Under the pieces are notes generated by a model that saw nothing but the letters and a program-made list of their open reading frames with translations, had not been told where the DNA came from and did not search any database. Shown in pieces: positions 36,837 through 47,131 of a DNA stretch of 64,000 nucleotides. Every line of letters starts with the position of its first letter. The stretch's first letter is position 1. Source of the stretch: a virus; IMG/VR virus record IMGVR_UViG_3300032177_000002, positions 1 through 64,000 of that record; one strand, 5' to 3'. A program made the translations under genes and the position numbers.

Positions 36837-39206
36837 CTATTGCCTCCTATCCTGTGAGTTTTGCCCAGGAGTAGTTTTTCTACCCAGCCTAGAATTTTTA
36901 TCCTGATTTGTTGTAGCAACACTTTGAGCCACAGGCCTACCATCAATATTAACTACTGTATCCAACCGCACACCTTTCAGCGCTTCTGCCAACCGAGGAC
37001 CCATTGCTTTCATTACTTCTTCCACCAGTATTTTTGCCTGCTCTGGTGTTATCCCGCTGTTAGGCTGCTGGGTATACTTCATTAAGTCTTGCCGCATATT
37101 AGTTTCAGTTATCGATCTTCTTGGACCTCCAGGTACCGGGCCTGGCAATGAAGTCATACCAACTTCTGCAAAGTTAACAAGCTGGCCCGCCATATCCATC
37201 ATGGCTGTTTTATCCATATTTTGTGCGTATATTTTTGCTCTTGCTGCGGATTCTGCTGGGTTTACAGCTTTTTTTCCTATCCAATCACTAATACCAAACG
37301 CATGATCAACAAGTATCCCGAAACCTGCACCGGATAGTAATCCTACAGCAACCGCTAAAGCTATACTTGTAAGTGAAGCTACTCCTACCGCTGTAGCCCC
37401 CCACAACAAAAATGAACCTATGGCACTTCCTACCCCTGTTGTTACTGCAGTGATAGGGCTACCAGGAGTAGGTGCTCCTCCAGGTGTAGGAAGTCCTCCC
37501 ATAGGTATCCCACCTATTTCATCAAAATTAACAACTCGTACTGGTTGCGCTGTTATTTGCTCTAATGCAGACACACCTTTACCCAACTTACCTAACGGCC
37601 CAGCAAGTTTACCAACTGCTGGGAATCTCTTCCCAAGCACATCAACAAGTGCTAATAATCCTGTCTTTGCTCCACCTAACGTTACTTTTAAAATTTTAAA
37701 ACTACCAGTTGCTATGCTTCCTATTCTACTTATTGTTCCACCTAACACTTTAAATACTATGCCTAATGCTCCTACCTTCATTGCTATGCTTATCAAGTTA
37801 GATTTACCAATCGTTCCGCGTTCTGGATGAAATATAGAATCTATAGGTGACAACAAAGCTAAAAAAGGTTCTATTAAGTGACTAACTACTGATATGGTTG
37901 CACTAAAAATTGATTTTACACCAGTCCACCCATCTTGGATACCCGTTGCTATATATACAGATGTAGAGTTTAATCCCAACAATTTCGTGCTAACTTCAGA
38001 TGCACTTAGCCCTACAGTATTGGAAAGTATCTTGAATGCCTCAGCAGTATCCTTAACTATTATTTTAGTATTGTTAATCGTGCCCGTGATATCTTTAGAG
38101 AATATCTTACCAAATTCAATACTAACATTGTATAATGTAGACTTTAGCTGCTCGAAATCTCCCCATACGTTTTGTACCCGTAGCTGTGCCATCTCATCCG
38201 CCGCACCTTTAGCCGACACAGCAAGATTGTCGAACATTTCGGCTACTTTTTCTTTTTTCATCGCCCCCATCGCTGAAGTAACGTCTTGCCCACGAATACC
38301 AAATATCTTAGCCGCTGTTGATACACGTTCTAGCGGGTTCTTTATTTCTGCGATAGCTGTAAATAAATTCAAAAATGAATTCTTTGCGTTTAACGAATTA
38401 TCAGCATTTAATTCTATTGCAGCGTCAAGATCTCCTACGGCTATAATGCCTTTATTAGCTTTATTTGACATCTGAAACAATGCATTATCTAGTGCTGTAC
38501 CCGCCATAGAAGCTCTAACCCCAATATCAGATAGCGCTCCCAGCATAGATACAGTATCTTCAAATGACATTTTGGCTCTATGCGCAGAACCTCCAGCATA
38601 CGTTAGACCTTCTGCTAAACCAACTATGGATGATGACGTAGTTTTAGACGCAAATGCTAGTGCATCTACTACTCTACGTGTGTTCTCAGTAAGTTGCGCT
38701 GAGTCTTCTGCCTCAAGCTGAAACTCTTTTAAACTGCTAGCCACGATCGTGGCTGCAGTATCCAATTTCATATTTTCTGCGGATGCCATATTTAAAACAT
38801 GTGGCATTGCAGATAATACTGCGTTTACACTCATGCCAGATCTGGCTAAAACATCCATCGTTTTAGCGGCTTCTGTAGCCGTAAAGATAGTGGTCTTACC
38901 AAAATTTAAAGCAGAGTCTTCTAGCAGTTGAAATGAATCAGCACCTTTCTTACCAATACCGGCTTTCAATGACCCCATTGCTTCTTCAAAACTTAGCATG
39001 GATTTCACTGAAGTTCTTACTGAGGTACCAATCCCTAAAGCCGCCCAGCCTATACCAGAAAACCCTTTTCCTAATTCTTGGAACCCAAGTTTTAGATTAG
39101 CTGCAGAAGCTTTTAACTTCTGGAACATACCTTCAGCTTTACCCATTGATGCTATTGCTGCCGAAGAATCAAACCTTAGTACCGCTGATAATGAAAGGTC
39201 GGCCAT
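36837..39206 (-). CDS. Tail tape measure protein (TP901 core)
   Basis: FGKTTIFTATEAA..M..LARSG, ASMAGTAL, AKIFG, AKGAADEMA; hydrophobic mid-region. Confidence 0.92.
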   Translation of the reverse strand: MADLSLSAVLRFDSSAAIASMGKAEGMFQKLKASAANLKLGFQELGKGFSGIGWAALGIGTSVRTSVKSMLSFEEAMGSLKAGIGKKGADSFQLLEDSALNFGKTTIFTATEAAKTMDVLARSGMSVNAVLSAMPHVLNMASAENMKLDTAATIVASSLKEFQLEAEDSAQLTENTRRVVDALAFASKTTSSSIVGLAEGLTYAGGSAHRAKMSFEDTVSMLGALSDIGVRASMAGTALDNALFQMSNKANKGIIAVGDLDAAIELNADNSLNAKNSFLNLFTAIAEIKNPLERVSTAAKIFGIRGQDVTSAMGAMKKEKVAEMFDNLAVSAKGAADEMAQLRVQNVWGDFEQLKSTLYNVSIEFGKIFSKDITGTINNTKIIVKDTAEAFKILSNTVGLSASEVSTKLLGLNSTSVYIATGIQDGWTGVKSIFSATISVVSHLIEPFLALLSPIDSIFHPERGTIGKSNLISIAMKVGALGIVFKVLGGTISRIGSIATGSFKILKVTLGGAKTGLLALVDVLGKRFPAVGKLAGPLGKLGKGVSALEQITAQPVRVVNFDEIGGIPMGGLPTPGGAPTPGSPITAVTTGVGSAIGSFLLWGATAVGVASLTSIALAVAVGLLSGAGFGILVDHAFGISDWIGKKAVNPAESAARAKIYAQNMDKTAMMDMAGQLVNFAEVGMTSLPGPVPGGPRRSITETNMRQDLMKYTQQPNSGITPEQAKILVEEVMKAMGPRLAEALKGVRLDTVVNIDGRPVAQSVATTNQDKNSRLGRKTTPGQNSQDRRQ

Positions 39207-39209
39207 TAC

Positions 39210-39401
39210 TTATTTCCTACGCGCCTGTTTGGCGTCTTCCTTATATTGCTTCCCCAGCCGTTTAATAAACCACGCACGCTCTTTCGGTGTCATTTCGAGT
39301 ATATCCGAAAACGAGAATCCATGGCCATACCACATAAGCAAATGGATCTCCTCCTTCAACGTTTCAGCGCAACCAACGGAACTGAAGAATCGAAGAAAGG
39401 G
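39210..39401 (-). CDS. -1 frameshift extension of the tail assembly chaperone (gpT-like part)
   Basis: The -1 frame from slippery C CCT TTC (39401-39395) reads ..LKEEIHLLMWYGHGFSFSDILEMTPKERAWFIKRLGKQYKEDAKQARRK* and stops 3 nt before the TMP ATG. Confidence 0.8.
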   Translation of the reverse strand, partial: PFLRFFSSVGCAETLKEEIHLLMWYGHGFSFSDILEMTPKERAWFIKRLGKQYKEDAKQARRK

Positions 39402-40189
39402 TCAAAAGCCCAATTTAACGCGTCCTTAATCTGTACGCCACAATCAGCTTTAGGGCAATCTATGGATGTTCGCATATCAGGTCCTGCTGACACGATTGCC
39501 GCCTGTCTATCTATTCGCAGCATATCCATCTTCCCGATATCATCTATCTCAGAGTCTTTGATAATATACCCAGGTGGAGTGCCATCTACTTCGGAGACAG
39601 ACTCCCGCAATTGAGCGTAAGAAAGCCCACCTGTGCTAGAACCACCGGATCCCGCTGCAAACATAGCCTGGTATTTAACTGGTTGTAGCTTTAACTTCTT
39701 GCAGGTTTTGCCGTTCTCTAACTTAAAACCATCTTTTAAATCAACCCAAGTTGATAGCTCATCCACTTTCTCAACTACTTTAACCTCAGTAGTCCATAAG
39801 TCAGCTTTTGAAATACCTTTAGTTCCACACCTCTGGCACCGATATGGTACCTCTATCATCTCAGATACATTTAGGATTCTTGAATACAGATACACATAAA
39901 GCACATCCGCAAAATACCAGTTATAAATTTTAAACTCAGAGTCAGCCGTGGAATCCCCAGACTCGGCTAATGGATATGATACACCACCTGCGCTTTCTAC
40001 AATAAGTGATAAGAACTTGGCGGCTAGATGCGCCATAGTCCTTCCCTCATTTGCTTCCCTATAGATATTTAGGAACCTATCTACTTTGCTTTTGTAAGGA
40101 CGTAGAACGAATGATTTGTCAAGCTTCCCATCTTTAAGCACTCCTACAGGAAGTTGCATCCCCAATTCTCTTACAATAGTTTTTCGCAT
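39356..40189 (-). CDS. Tail assembly chaperone (gpG-like)
   Basis: Between tube and TMP; CQRC and CPKADC motifs; probable start 40189. Confidence 0.75.
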   Translation of the reverse strand: MRKTIVRELGMQLPVGVLKDGKLDKSFVLRPYKSKVDRFLNIYREANEGRTMAHLAAKFLSLIVESAGGVSYPLAESGDSTADSEFKIYNWYFADVLYVYLYSRILNVSEMIEVPYRCQRCGTKGISKADLWTTEVKVVEKVDELSTWVDLKDGFKLENGKTCKKLKLQPVKYQAMFAAGSGGSSTGGLSYAQLRESVSEVDGTPPGYIIKDSEIDDIGKMDMLRIDRQAAIVSAGPDMRTSIDCPKADCGVQIKDALNWAFDPFFDSSVPLVALKR

Positions 40190-40257
40190 TATTATACCTT
40201 CCAATTATGCCGTCTAAGGCACTTGTGAAGAATGTGGCGGGTCCACGTACTGAAGTA

Positions 40258-40710
40258 CTATCCTGGCACCATATAAAAAGAATCAGCTTTCATCGTCCAG
40301 GTTATAATTGCCATATCACCGTCGTTATCCAAATCTAAATCAGACTGGCTTCGTTTGCTAAGCCACAAATTATATAACATGAACTTTTGACTACGCCCAG
40401 GATATTCGTTTAGTATAAGCAACGTTCCAATTTTTAAGTAAAGTGGCAGAGTGTTCACACATTGCTGCCACCAACCCTCCATTGCAACAACTTCTATTAC
40501 ATGATGCATAGGTTGATCTACTTCGAATTCAACTTGTTTTTCTCTTCCCCCACTTCTAGTTGTTCTATCAGGAAGGTCAACTGTATCCAATTCCATTTCC
40601 AATCCGCTAATACGTGTAAATAACGGTTTTGGAAATGCCAGTGGTACAATCATCAATTCAAACTTATTTACTTGAACCCTGTTACTTTGTAGTACACCTT
40701 TAATAGACAT
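40258..40710 (-). CDS. Tail tube protein (T4 gp19-like)
   Basis: NKFEL..FTRISGLEME..W..Q..K.GTL..L.N.W.SK....LD; follows the sheath. Confidence 0.85.
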   Translation of the reverse strand: MSIKGVLQSNRVQVNKFELMIVPLAFPKPLFTRISGLEMELDTVDLPDRTTRSGGREKQVEFEVDQPMHHVIEVVAMEGWWQQCVNTLPLYLKIGTLLILNEYPGRSQKFMLYNLWLSKRSQSDLDLDNDGDMAIITWTMKADSFYMVPG

Positions 40711-40722
40711 TGGTTACTCCTT

Positions 40723-43074
40723 CTATGCAGCCGCCGAAGCTTCAAAAATACCCATTTTTCCAATCGTGATAATAAATCGTTCTACCGTATCAGCTAACCG
40801 CAAACTTATTTCTACGTTCAAGTCACCTTCTTCCCGCGTTGCATCCGTATTATTTTCATCATCCAACTTTATCTTACACGCGTCGTCAAATGTTGTCCCT
40901 CTAAGCGCACGCTTTTTCCATTCTGCCATAAAAAATGATTGCAATGTAGCTATCAACATCGGTTGCTCTGACGGGTCATTTATAGCGAATATCACCCAGT
41001 CAAAACTTTCCTGAAGGACATGCTCATAATAGCTCATTAGTTCCCTATGCTGACAGAACTTCCATGCGCTATCCTGAGATGGTAACCTAGCCCCCCAGAT
41101 CACAAAGTTCCCTTGTTTCCGCTCAATACGTTGTAGTCCAGCCGGATTAAGTACTTCCCCATTCAATCTAGTATCCCTAGTAGGGATCTCTATGATCTTA
41201 GGCAATGTAGTATAAATACCAGCAGCTACTTTATGATATCCATTATAATCCTTGGCCGTCTTCGACTCCCTACCATGCACCATCCCCATTACGGGTACTA
41301 ATTTTAGCAGCCCTTCTTTTGTTGGGTCTGCTACAGTAGCGTAACTTGGGAAAATTACCTTTTCATAGTTACTTCGTCCCAGAGTATCGGTGACATAGGC
41401 TTTTGCCACAAACTCATCAGTAACAGTGTCCTGAATCTCAACCCTAAACTGATGGTTCTTATCATCAGCATACGCAACTCCAGCCTTCTGGACCACGGTT
41501 GCATCCACTGCCCCACCATACCTCCACACTCCAGGTACACCGAACTTAATTAAGCCGTAAGCCTGATCCTGCGTCTTATTAAATGGGGACGTTCCAGAAT
41601 CAAATACATCAGTAAAATCCGCTGAATCTAACTTGTAGATCCCATCATACCCTCCACTCAGTGTTTGCCGGTACTGCAGCCGTACCTTTATGCCTCCTGC
41701 TAAAGTTCCACCACAAGTAAGATCCCCACTACCTATGCTTACTTGCGTTTCAGCGTTGTCTGACATCGAGAACCCGCCCTTAGGGGCTACACTTACGTCC
41801 GGTAAAATAATCTTCCCGTTAATTGCCTCATCTGCAACCAATGGCAACACATAGATTGTAAACTTTTCACCAACTACCGGGGTCACACCGCTTACCGTAA
41901 ATCCTATTGAATATACATTGTCAGCCACGTAAGCTACGGCATTTGTAGGAATAGCAAACGTATGACTAGTTTGCTTATTAACAGAAGATAATTTCCAAAC
42001 TGCGGGAGGACCGGCACTAGTTACTTCCAACACATACGTATCCGGGATTACTTTCGACCCAAAAGTAAATGCGGTAAGCGTATTGTCACTCGCCAACGAG
42101 GCATCTACTTTTACACATGCTGTGCTCAGTGTAGCCACGCTAGAAGTTATTGCTGTATGGGCAACTACACCAAACCAGTTAGCGGGTCGTACATCCGCAG
42201 TTGCAGCACCCGACCACAAATCCGTCACTACGATGTAATAATTACTTGTGTCTTTGTTAATTACTCCTACGTAATAGTTAGCTGCTGATGGATCAGATGA
42301 TAGGTCTGGGTATATTTTCACCAAGGAATCATCTACATATACTTTTAATCCCCATTCGGTGCTTGGTTTAAGTTGACCATCCATTACCTCTACCGCCAGC
42401 TTCTTTTCACGCCCCCACTCATCCGTATTTTCCAGCACTAGGATAACTTCTTTATCCGTGGATACCCCAAAATCTGTTAGTGCCTTGCTGTCTGCCGCCA
42501 ATGTGATTTCGCATCTTGCACTTACGGTTCCTTCTGTGTTCGACACGATACTGTAAGTCTTGGATGCCCCTGTTAGAGTTAATTGGCTACCCTTCCATTT
42601 GTTTTTCGGTACGAGGAACCCTGTTGGTAGCGTTATTACTGTGTTTGTAATGTCAGTAGGAACAGCTGTAAGATCTACAACTACAGTATCCTTCTTTCCT
42701 CCCCATTTCCCCACATTATTAGCATCCACCTTAACTACTTTGTTACGCGGTGTTTTCCTATCCCACAAAGTCAAAGTTGATGCAACACCCGATCCGTCGT
42801 CTAGCCTATCCAAGAATAGAACACCTGCTCCATTACCGTGATCCCAAAAATCCTGGCAGACATCAGGCAGCAATGAATCAGGCGTCAAACCACCTGTTTT
42901 TGTAAACAAATCCTTTTTTCCAGACGTGATAATCAAATCGCCAACTTTACCGCGTTCTAGTACGCCCACGTAAGCTGTCGATCCAAGTATGTGCGCCTGA
43001 ATAGTTTTATCCGCATCCTTCTCGATAATGACCGTTCCTGCATCCAGGGTCGGTCCAAAACGCTTCTGAGACAT
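40723..43074 (-). CDS. Contractile tail sheath protein
   Basis: TAYVGVLERG, GKWG, LSGGYDG, LNPAG, FVIWGARL, WVIFAIND, ERFIITI. Confidence 0.93.
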   Translation of the reverse strand: MSQKRFGPTLDAGTVIIEKDADKTIQAHILGSTAYVGVLERGKVGDLIITSGKKDLFTKTGGLTPDSLLPDVCQDFWDHGNGAGVLFLDRLDDGSGVASTLTLWDRKTPRNKVVKVDANNVGKWGGKKDTVVVDLTAVPTDITNTVITLPTGFLVPKNKWKGSQLTLTGASKTYSIVSNTEGTVSARCEITLAADSKALTDFGVSTDKEVILVLENTDEWGREKKLAVEVMDGQLKPSTEWGLKVYVDDSLVKIYPDLSSDPSAANYYVGVINKDTSNYYIVVTDLWSGAATADVRPANWFGVVAHTAITSSVATLSTACVKVDASLASDNTLTAFTFGSKVIPDTYVLEVTSAGPPAVWKLSSVNKQTSHTFAIPTNAVAYVADNVYSIGFTVSGVTPVVGEKFTIYVLPLVADEAINGKIILPDVSVAPKGGFSMSDNAETQVSIGSGDLTCGGTLAGGIKVRLQYRQTLSGGYDGIYKLDSADFTDVFDSGTSPFNKTQDQAYGLIKFGVPGVWRYGGAVDATVVQKAGVAYADDKNHQFRVEIQDTVTDEFVAKAYVTDTLGRSNYEKVIFPSYATVADPTKEGLLKLVPVMGMVHGRESKTAKDYNGYHKVAAGIYTTLPKIIEIPTRDTRLNGEVLNPAGLQRIERKQGNFVIWGARLPSQDSAWKFCQHRELMSYYEHVLQESFDWVIFAINDPSEQPMLIATLQSFFMAEWKKRALRGTTFDDACKIKLDDENNTDATREEGDLNVEISLRLADTVERFIITIGKMGIFEASAAA

Positions 43075-43103
43075 ATTTATTCTCCTCTTTTACGGGTTAC
43101 CTG

Positions 43104-44360
43104 TTATTCGGCCCATAGCGGCCCGCCCCTGTTGCTTTGGCCTATAGCAAGGTTAATTCGCTCAATCAAATGATAATGATCTTCAGGTAATAACCAGAAA
43201 TACACATTATCTAATCGTATATTCAACGACGATTCATGCCTATCATTCATGTTTGGTCTGGGAGAGAATGCCATCGGGGATACCAGCCTCATAGAAATGT
43301 ATTGGCAAAGATCTCTCCATAACAACATAGGCGTATTTGCTATATAATGTAATGCCTTATCCATCATGGATAACAAAGTCCTGTTATTGCCTGCTAACAA
43401 TACTACATTAAACTGTAGTGTAAGTCTAAACGGCAACTTACGCACGGTAGCCGTGTTATCCGTAATATTTTTTATTTCCTGATAAGCCACGTTCTGCACG
43501 CTTCGCACGCTTATAGTATCTATAACTATGGATGGTATCCTCTCCACTTCTATATAATCTTGTGATCCCCAGTTTATGTAAATTTCTGGTTCTATAGTGA
43601 AGTGAATCCATAACGAAGTGCCTCGGGCCACGTCTACCTTAAGTTTTAAATCACGTGCGGTTAGATCCACGGTATCCAGCATATTATTCAAATGAAGAGG
43701 ATCAATCTTATGGTTATACACTCCATCTACAGATACTATCCTAAACATAGTCTCTAAATCAGACAAGCTTACATTGTATCCACCAGGCGCGTCTAAAGCA
43801 AAATCAATTTGGGATCTTAAGTTATCTTTTAATGATGTTCCAACACTATCAGCTATAAGTGAATATAAATATTCAATATCGCAGTCCATAAGTAAATCTA
43901 TATTACTAAGATACGGTGTATAAGCAGAATCAGAAGTTGCTAAATTTACCACCACCGCTATAGCCCTACTTCCCGCAGGAAAAGTTGCTATATGATCATT
44001 CATTTCAGATACTGTATTCCAATTAGACGTTCCAGCAGTTGCCCAAACAGTTCCGTTCCAATACTTGTTAGTTGTTCCGTCATTCAATTTGAATTTTACA
44101 GAAGTACCATCTGGTTGTATTAACGGATCTGCACAAAAGTTTAGCCAACCCCTTACTGCCTGCGGTGTTGCAACCCACGTTTTAACCCATAGGTCTACAT
44201 CCGTCGGGTATACAAGCTCATTTGTTACGTAATCCCTGCTCTGCGCGATTAACTCGATCCTGTTCGTTGATGGATTCAATCGTACTTTTGTATTGTCGCT
44301 AAATGTTAATCTGCTTCTGTTACTTTCTTCGAATACGAATGGGTAAACAAGTTTCTGCAT
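43104..44360 (-). CDS. Tail terminator/neck protein with extra N-terminal beta domain
   Basis: Probable start 44360 (TAATG coupling); PSIVI..FRLTLQFNVVLLA.NNR. Confidence 0.6.
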   Translation of the reverse strand: MQKLVYPFVFEESNRSRLTFSDNTKVRLNPSTNRIELIAQSRDYVTNELVYPTDVDLWVKTWVATPQAVRGWLNFCADPLIQPDGTSVKFKLNDGTTNKYWNGTVWATAGTSNWNTVSEMNDHIATFPAGSRAIAVVVNLATSDSAYTPYLSNIDLLMDCDIEYLYSLIADSVGTSLKDNLRSQIDFALDAPGGYNVSLSDLETMFRIVSVDGVYNHKIDPLHLNNMLDTVDLTARDLKLKVDVARGTSLWIHFTIEPEIYINWGSQDYIEVERIPSIVIDTISVRSVQNVAYQEIKNITDNTATVRKLPFRLTLQFNVVLLAGNNRTLLSMMDKALHYIANTPMLLWRDLCQYISMRLVSPMAFSPRPNMNDRHESSLNIRLDNVYFWLLPEDHYHLIERINLAIGQSNRGGPLWAE

Positions 44361-44905
44361 TATTTTCCCCCACGCAATGCGGATAGTACTGCCGCTTCCC
44401 AATTCTTCCTATATTCTAGCTGCATATTATGCGTTAATGCGGATTCCATAAATGGCCTAGGTGGTATTACTATAACAGTCGTTGTTTTCTTAAGCGGTTT
44501 AACTTTAGGGTTCTTGCTAGCTAGCCAGTGAAAATACCTACGCATCTTATCTGTAACAGGTACCTTTGCGCCGAAATGCAAAATAACAGCTATATTTCGC
44601 GTGTGAGGCCCTTTTCTAAGTACTCCTATTTCTCCTACATTCCATGCTAACGTCCTGCCTATAAGAGACCCGACTAGTGCCCCAGTATCAACAAGTGGCC
44701 TGCTACTTCCTTTAATTGCGACAGTTAGCCACGAATTTTTAAGGAATTTGTTGCTGTAAATATCCTTTTTTACCTGATCCGCACCAGAAATAACATTTAG
44801 ACCTGTTGCTTTTTTTACATGATATCTAAGTCTGCGCTTAAAATTCTTTTTTGAAAGAAGTTCCTCTAACTTGTCAAATCCTGTTATTTCTAAATCAATT
44901 TTCAT
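44360..44905 (-). CDS. Neck/tail completion protein (HK97 gp10 / Mu gpG-like)
   Basis: RPLVDTGALVGSL, ILHFGA, IPPRPFM. Confidence 0.85.
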   Translation of the reverse strand: MKIDLEITGFDKLEELLSKKNFKRRLRYHVKKATGLNVISGADQVKKDIYSNKFLKNSWLTVAIKGSSRPLVDTGALVGSLIGRTLAWNVGEIGVLRKGPHTRNIAVILHFGAKVPVTDKMRRYFHWLASKNPKVKPLKKTTTVIVIPPRPFMESALTHNMQLEYRKNWEAAVLSALRGGK

Positions 44906-45322
44906 TTACCGTTGCCTGGATGGGCTTCGATCAGCAAAGTAAGACCTTACTAAAGTTGGGCCTCGCTGATCAGGGTAATGCCCCATCCACCTAAATGAAA
45001 CTATATATAAATCAACATCCAGCGCGACTACTCCCTCTCCTATTTTTATTATCCTATCACCTATGTTTAACGTCACATGCGCTACTGCTAAGTCAGAAGT
45101 CAAAAATAATAGATATCCATCAGACGATGCTTCTACTGTCATATCGGACGACTGCTGCGTCCTGTCTAACCCCCATTGTACCTGCGCCCGAAGCTTTATC
45201 GACGTCTCTCTTCTTACTTGTCCTACTGGCTCATGAAGAATAGGATCCATTACTGCCGTATTTACCTTATCAGACTTACGAAGGTAAACAGGTATTGGAT
45301 GAATAAGTGTAGGTATCGGCAT
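44906..45322 (-). CDS. Head closure (stopper) protein
   Basis: 138 aa between adaptor and gp10-like gene; LRAQVQW..GDRIIKIG. Confidence 0.65.
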   Translation of the reverse strand: MPIPTLIHPIPVYLRKSDKVNTAVMDPILHEPVGQVRRETSIKLRAQVQWGLDRTQQSSDMTVEASSDGYLLFLTSDLAVAHVTLNIGDRIIKIGEGVVALDVDLYIVSFRWMGHYPDQRGPTLVRSYFADRSPSRQR

Positions 45323-45325
45323 TCA

Positions 45326-46060
45326 TCACCAAGCAGAAACGTACATCGGATAATAAGTCTCTGGCATTAAATCTAATGCTGTTATTCCTTGCGGTGAATC
45401 AACTATCCATGGTCTCCTGTAAATACCCAGTACATCCATTATTCTTCTAGGTACCATCTCGTATGCTGACTGCGATGATGCGCTGTAATCATACTCCATA
45501 GAATGCCCGTCCGTAGTCTCCTTGCTCACGTGCCCATACTTGCTAGACGACTCAAAGTAACTATCCAAATCTAAACAAACCAACTCGATAATAGCAGCCT
45601 TAATAGGTACCGGAGTAATATAGGTTCCAGGCGTAAGACCATCATCCACGAATCCCCATTTTGCTGTAATATACTGGTTTAACCCGTTCGCAAATACTCC
45701 TGGGATTGTCCTAAAAATTGCAGAAGTACCAGTAGGAGTAAGCATAATTTTTGGGTTACGCCTATCATCCTGCATCGGTGTCCTGCCAGTATATGCCGTA
45801 AATTCCGTGCTTGCTAACGGGGCATCTTGCGAATTAGTTCGCACGGAAGAAACCTCTATTAAGGGCAAATTGAAATGCATTATCCTAGAATTATTACCGT
45901 TAAATACAAGTTCTCCAGGCTCCATAACACGAAACACGTTTCCGGTTATTTGCTCAACTATTTTCTCCCATTTAGCTATCCTGGCTTCTATCCTAACAGC
46001 AGAGGCTGACGCTGGTGCGCCTTCAGCTTTTATATCTGCTATAGTGGCATAATTACCCAT
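45326..46060 (-). CDS. Head-tail adaptor (SPP1 gp15 / HK97 gp6-like)
   Basis: YATIADIK, IVEQITG, WGF..P.PIKAAIIEL, KETTDGHSMEY, L..YRRP. Confidence 0.8.
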   Translation of the reverse strand: MGNYATIADIKAEGAPASASAVRIEARIAKWEKIVEQITGNVFRVMEPGELVFNGNNSRIMHFNLPLIEVSSVRTNSQDAPLASTEFTAYTGRTPMQDDRRNPKIMLTPTGTSAIFRTIPGVFANGLNQYITAKWGFVDDGLTPGTYITPVPIKAAIIELVCLDLDSYFESSSKYGHVSKETTDGHSMEYDYSASSQSAYEMVPRRIMDVLGIYRRPWIVDSPQGITALDLMPETYYPMYVSAW

Positions 46061-46063
46061 CTG

Positions 46064-46480
46064 TTATGTCCTACCTGCCCCCGGTACTCCCGGCATGGTT
46101 TCTGCACCGGCGATAAAAATCTCCACCTGTGTCGGGTTATTTGCAACCGTATTTATGCGAAGGAATAAAAAGGCTCCATTTACGGTCGCGTCGAATGCGT
46201 CACCACTAGATAACGCAGCAGTATTAGCTCCTGCAACAGCTAAATGCTGCCCACTGTCGTACTTCAAAAGTTCAAGTGGCTGAAGAACTATTGTAGGAGA
46301 AGCTCCACCTGTTAGTTTAACAAACCCTTTAACAGTCTTGTATCCAGCACAATCCACGGTACTTCTAGGATTGCTTGCTAGCAGAACTACCAAATCGGTA
46401 GCATCAGCCGCTACCGGTGCCCCATAAATACCTCTATGAATTATATAAAACGGCTTACTTTTTAATTGCGCGTTGTTCAT
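46064..46480 (-). CDS. Hypothetical virion protein
   Basis: 138-aa beta-rich ORF in the structural operon; RBS AGGAG. Confidence 0.6.
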   Translation of the reverse strand: MNNAQLKSKPFYIIHRGIYGAPVAADATDLVVLLASNPRSTVDCAGYKTVKGFVKLTGGASPTIVLQPLELLKYDSGQHLAVAGANTAALSSGDAFDATVNGAFLFLRINTVANNPTQVEIFIAGAETMPGVPGAGRT

Positions 46481-46490
46481 TCATTTTCTC

Positions 46491-46895
46491 CTACGTTGTT
46501 GCCCTGGTTATGTTCGGCAAGAATTCTATAATGCCCCAAGCCACAGTTATTATTTTTGTCTCACCATCCATCAACGCTTTTACCTGCAAATCATAACCCC
46601 ATTGCCCCTCCAAATCCGATGTTTTATCTTTTGTAAATTTTACTACGAACTCACCGTAAGTCGCATTCGTGATCTCGATCTCGGTTGGTACTGCACTACT
46701 TAGCTGCAATTTTGCTTCCGCATCCGTCTTTATTGATACCTCCTTTATCGTCATCCAAATCTTACTGCCGGTTAGGTTTAACGGTGCATCTCCGATAGTA
46801 ACATAGAACTTGTAATAGTAGTCATCACCAGCATGAAGTGTTCTGTAACTCAAAGATCTTAAGTACTCTGCAGTAATATCCAGTTCGTTACTCAC
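46491..46895 (-). CDS. BppU-like beta-sandwich structural protein
   Basis: GDDY..F....PLNLTG..IWMTIK..ITNATYGEF.V..T..L...YDLQV. Confidence 0.65.
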   Translation of the reverse strand: MSNELDITAEYLRSLSYRTLHAGDDYYYKFYVTIGDAPLNLTGSKIWMTIKEVSIKTDAEAKLQLSSAVPTEIEITNATYGEFVVKFTKDKTSDLEGQWGYDLQVKALMDGETKIITVAWGIIEFLPNITRATT

Positions 46896-47128
46896 GACAG
46901 TATCCTTCCAGTGTATTTTTTGACATCTATTGCTACTTCTGCATCCCTACCCATACTTATCGATGTTTCCCCATCTATACCTAACATCAAAGCAGCATAC
47001 GCGTCACTAGGTACTTCCATAATCCAAAGTGGCTGAGAACCTTCGTCCCCTATAGACATAAATTTCGGGCGTCTACCAGATAAATGGATCCCTTGTGATG
47101 ATCTATCACCGTATACTGCTATGAACAT
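46892..47128 (-). CDS. Hypothetical protein
   Basis: 78-aa ORF coupled to its neighbours. Confidence 0.5.
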   Translation of the reverse strand: MFIAVYGDRSSQGIHLSGRRPKFMSIGDEGSQPLWIMEVPSDAYAALMLGIDGETSISMGRDAEVAIDVKKYTGRILS

Positions 47129-47131
47129 CTT

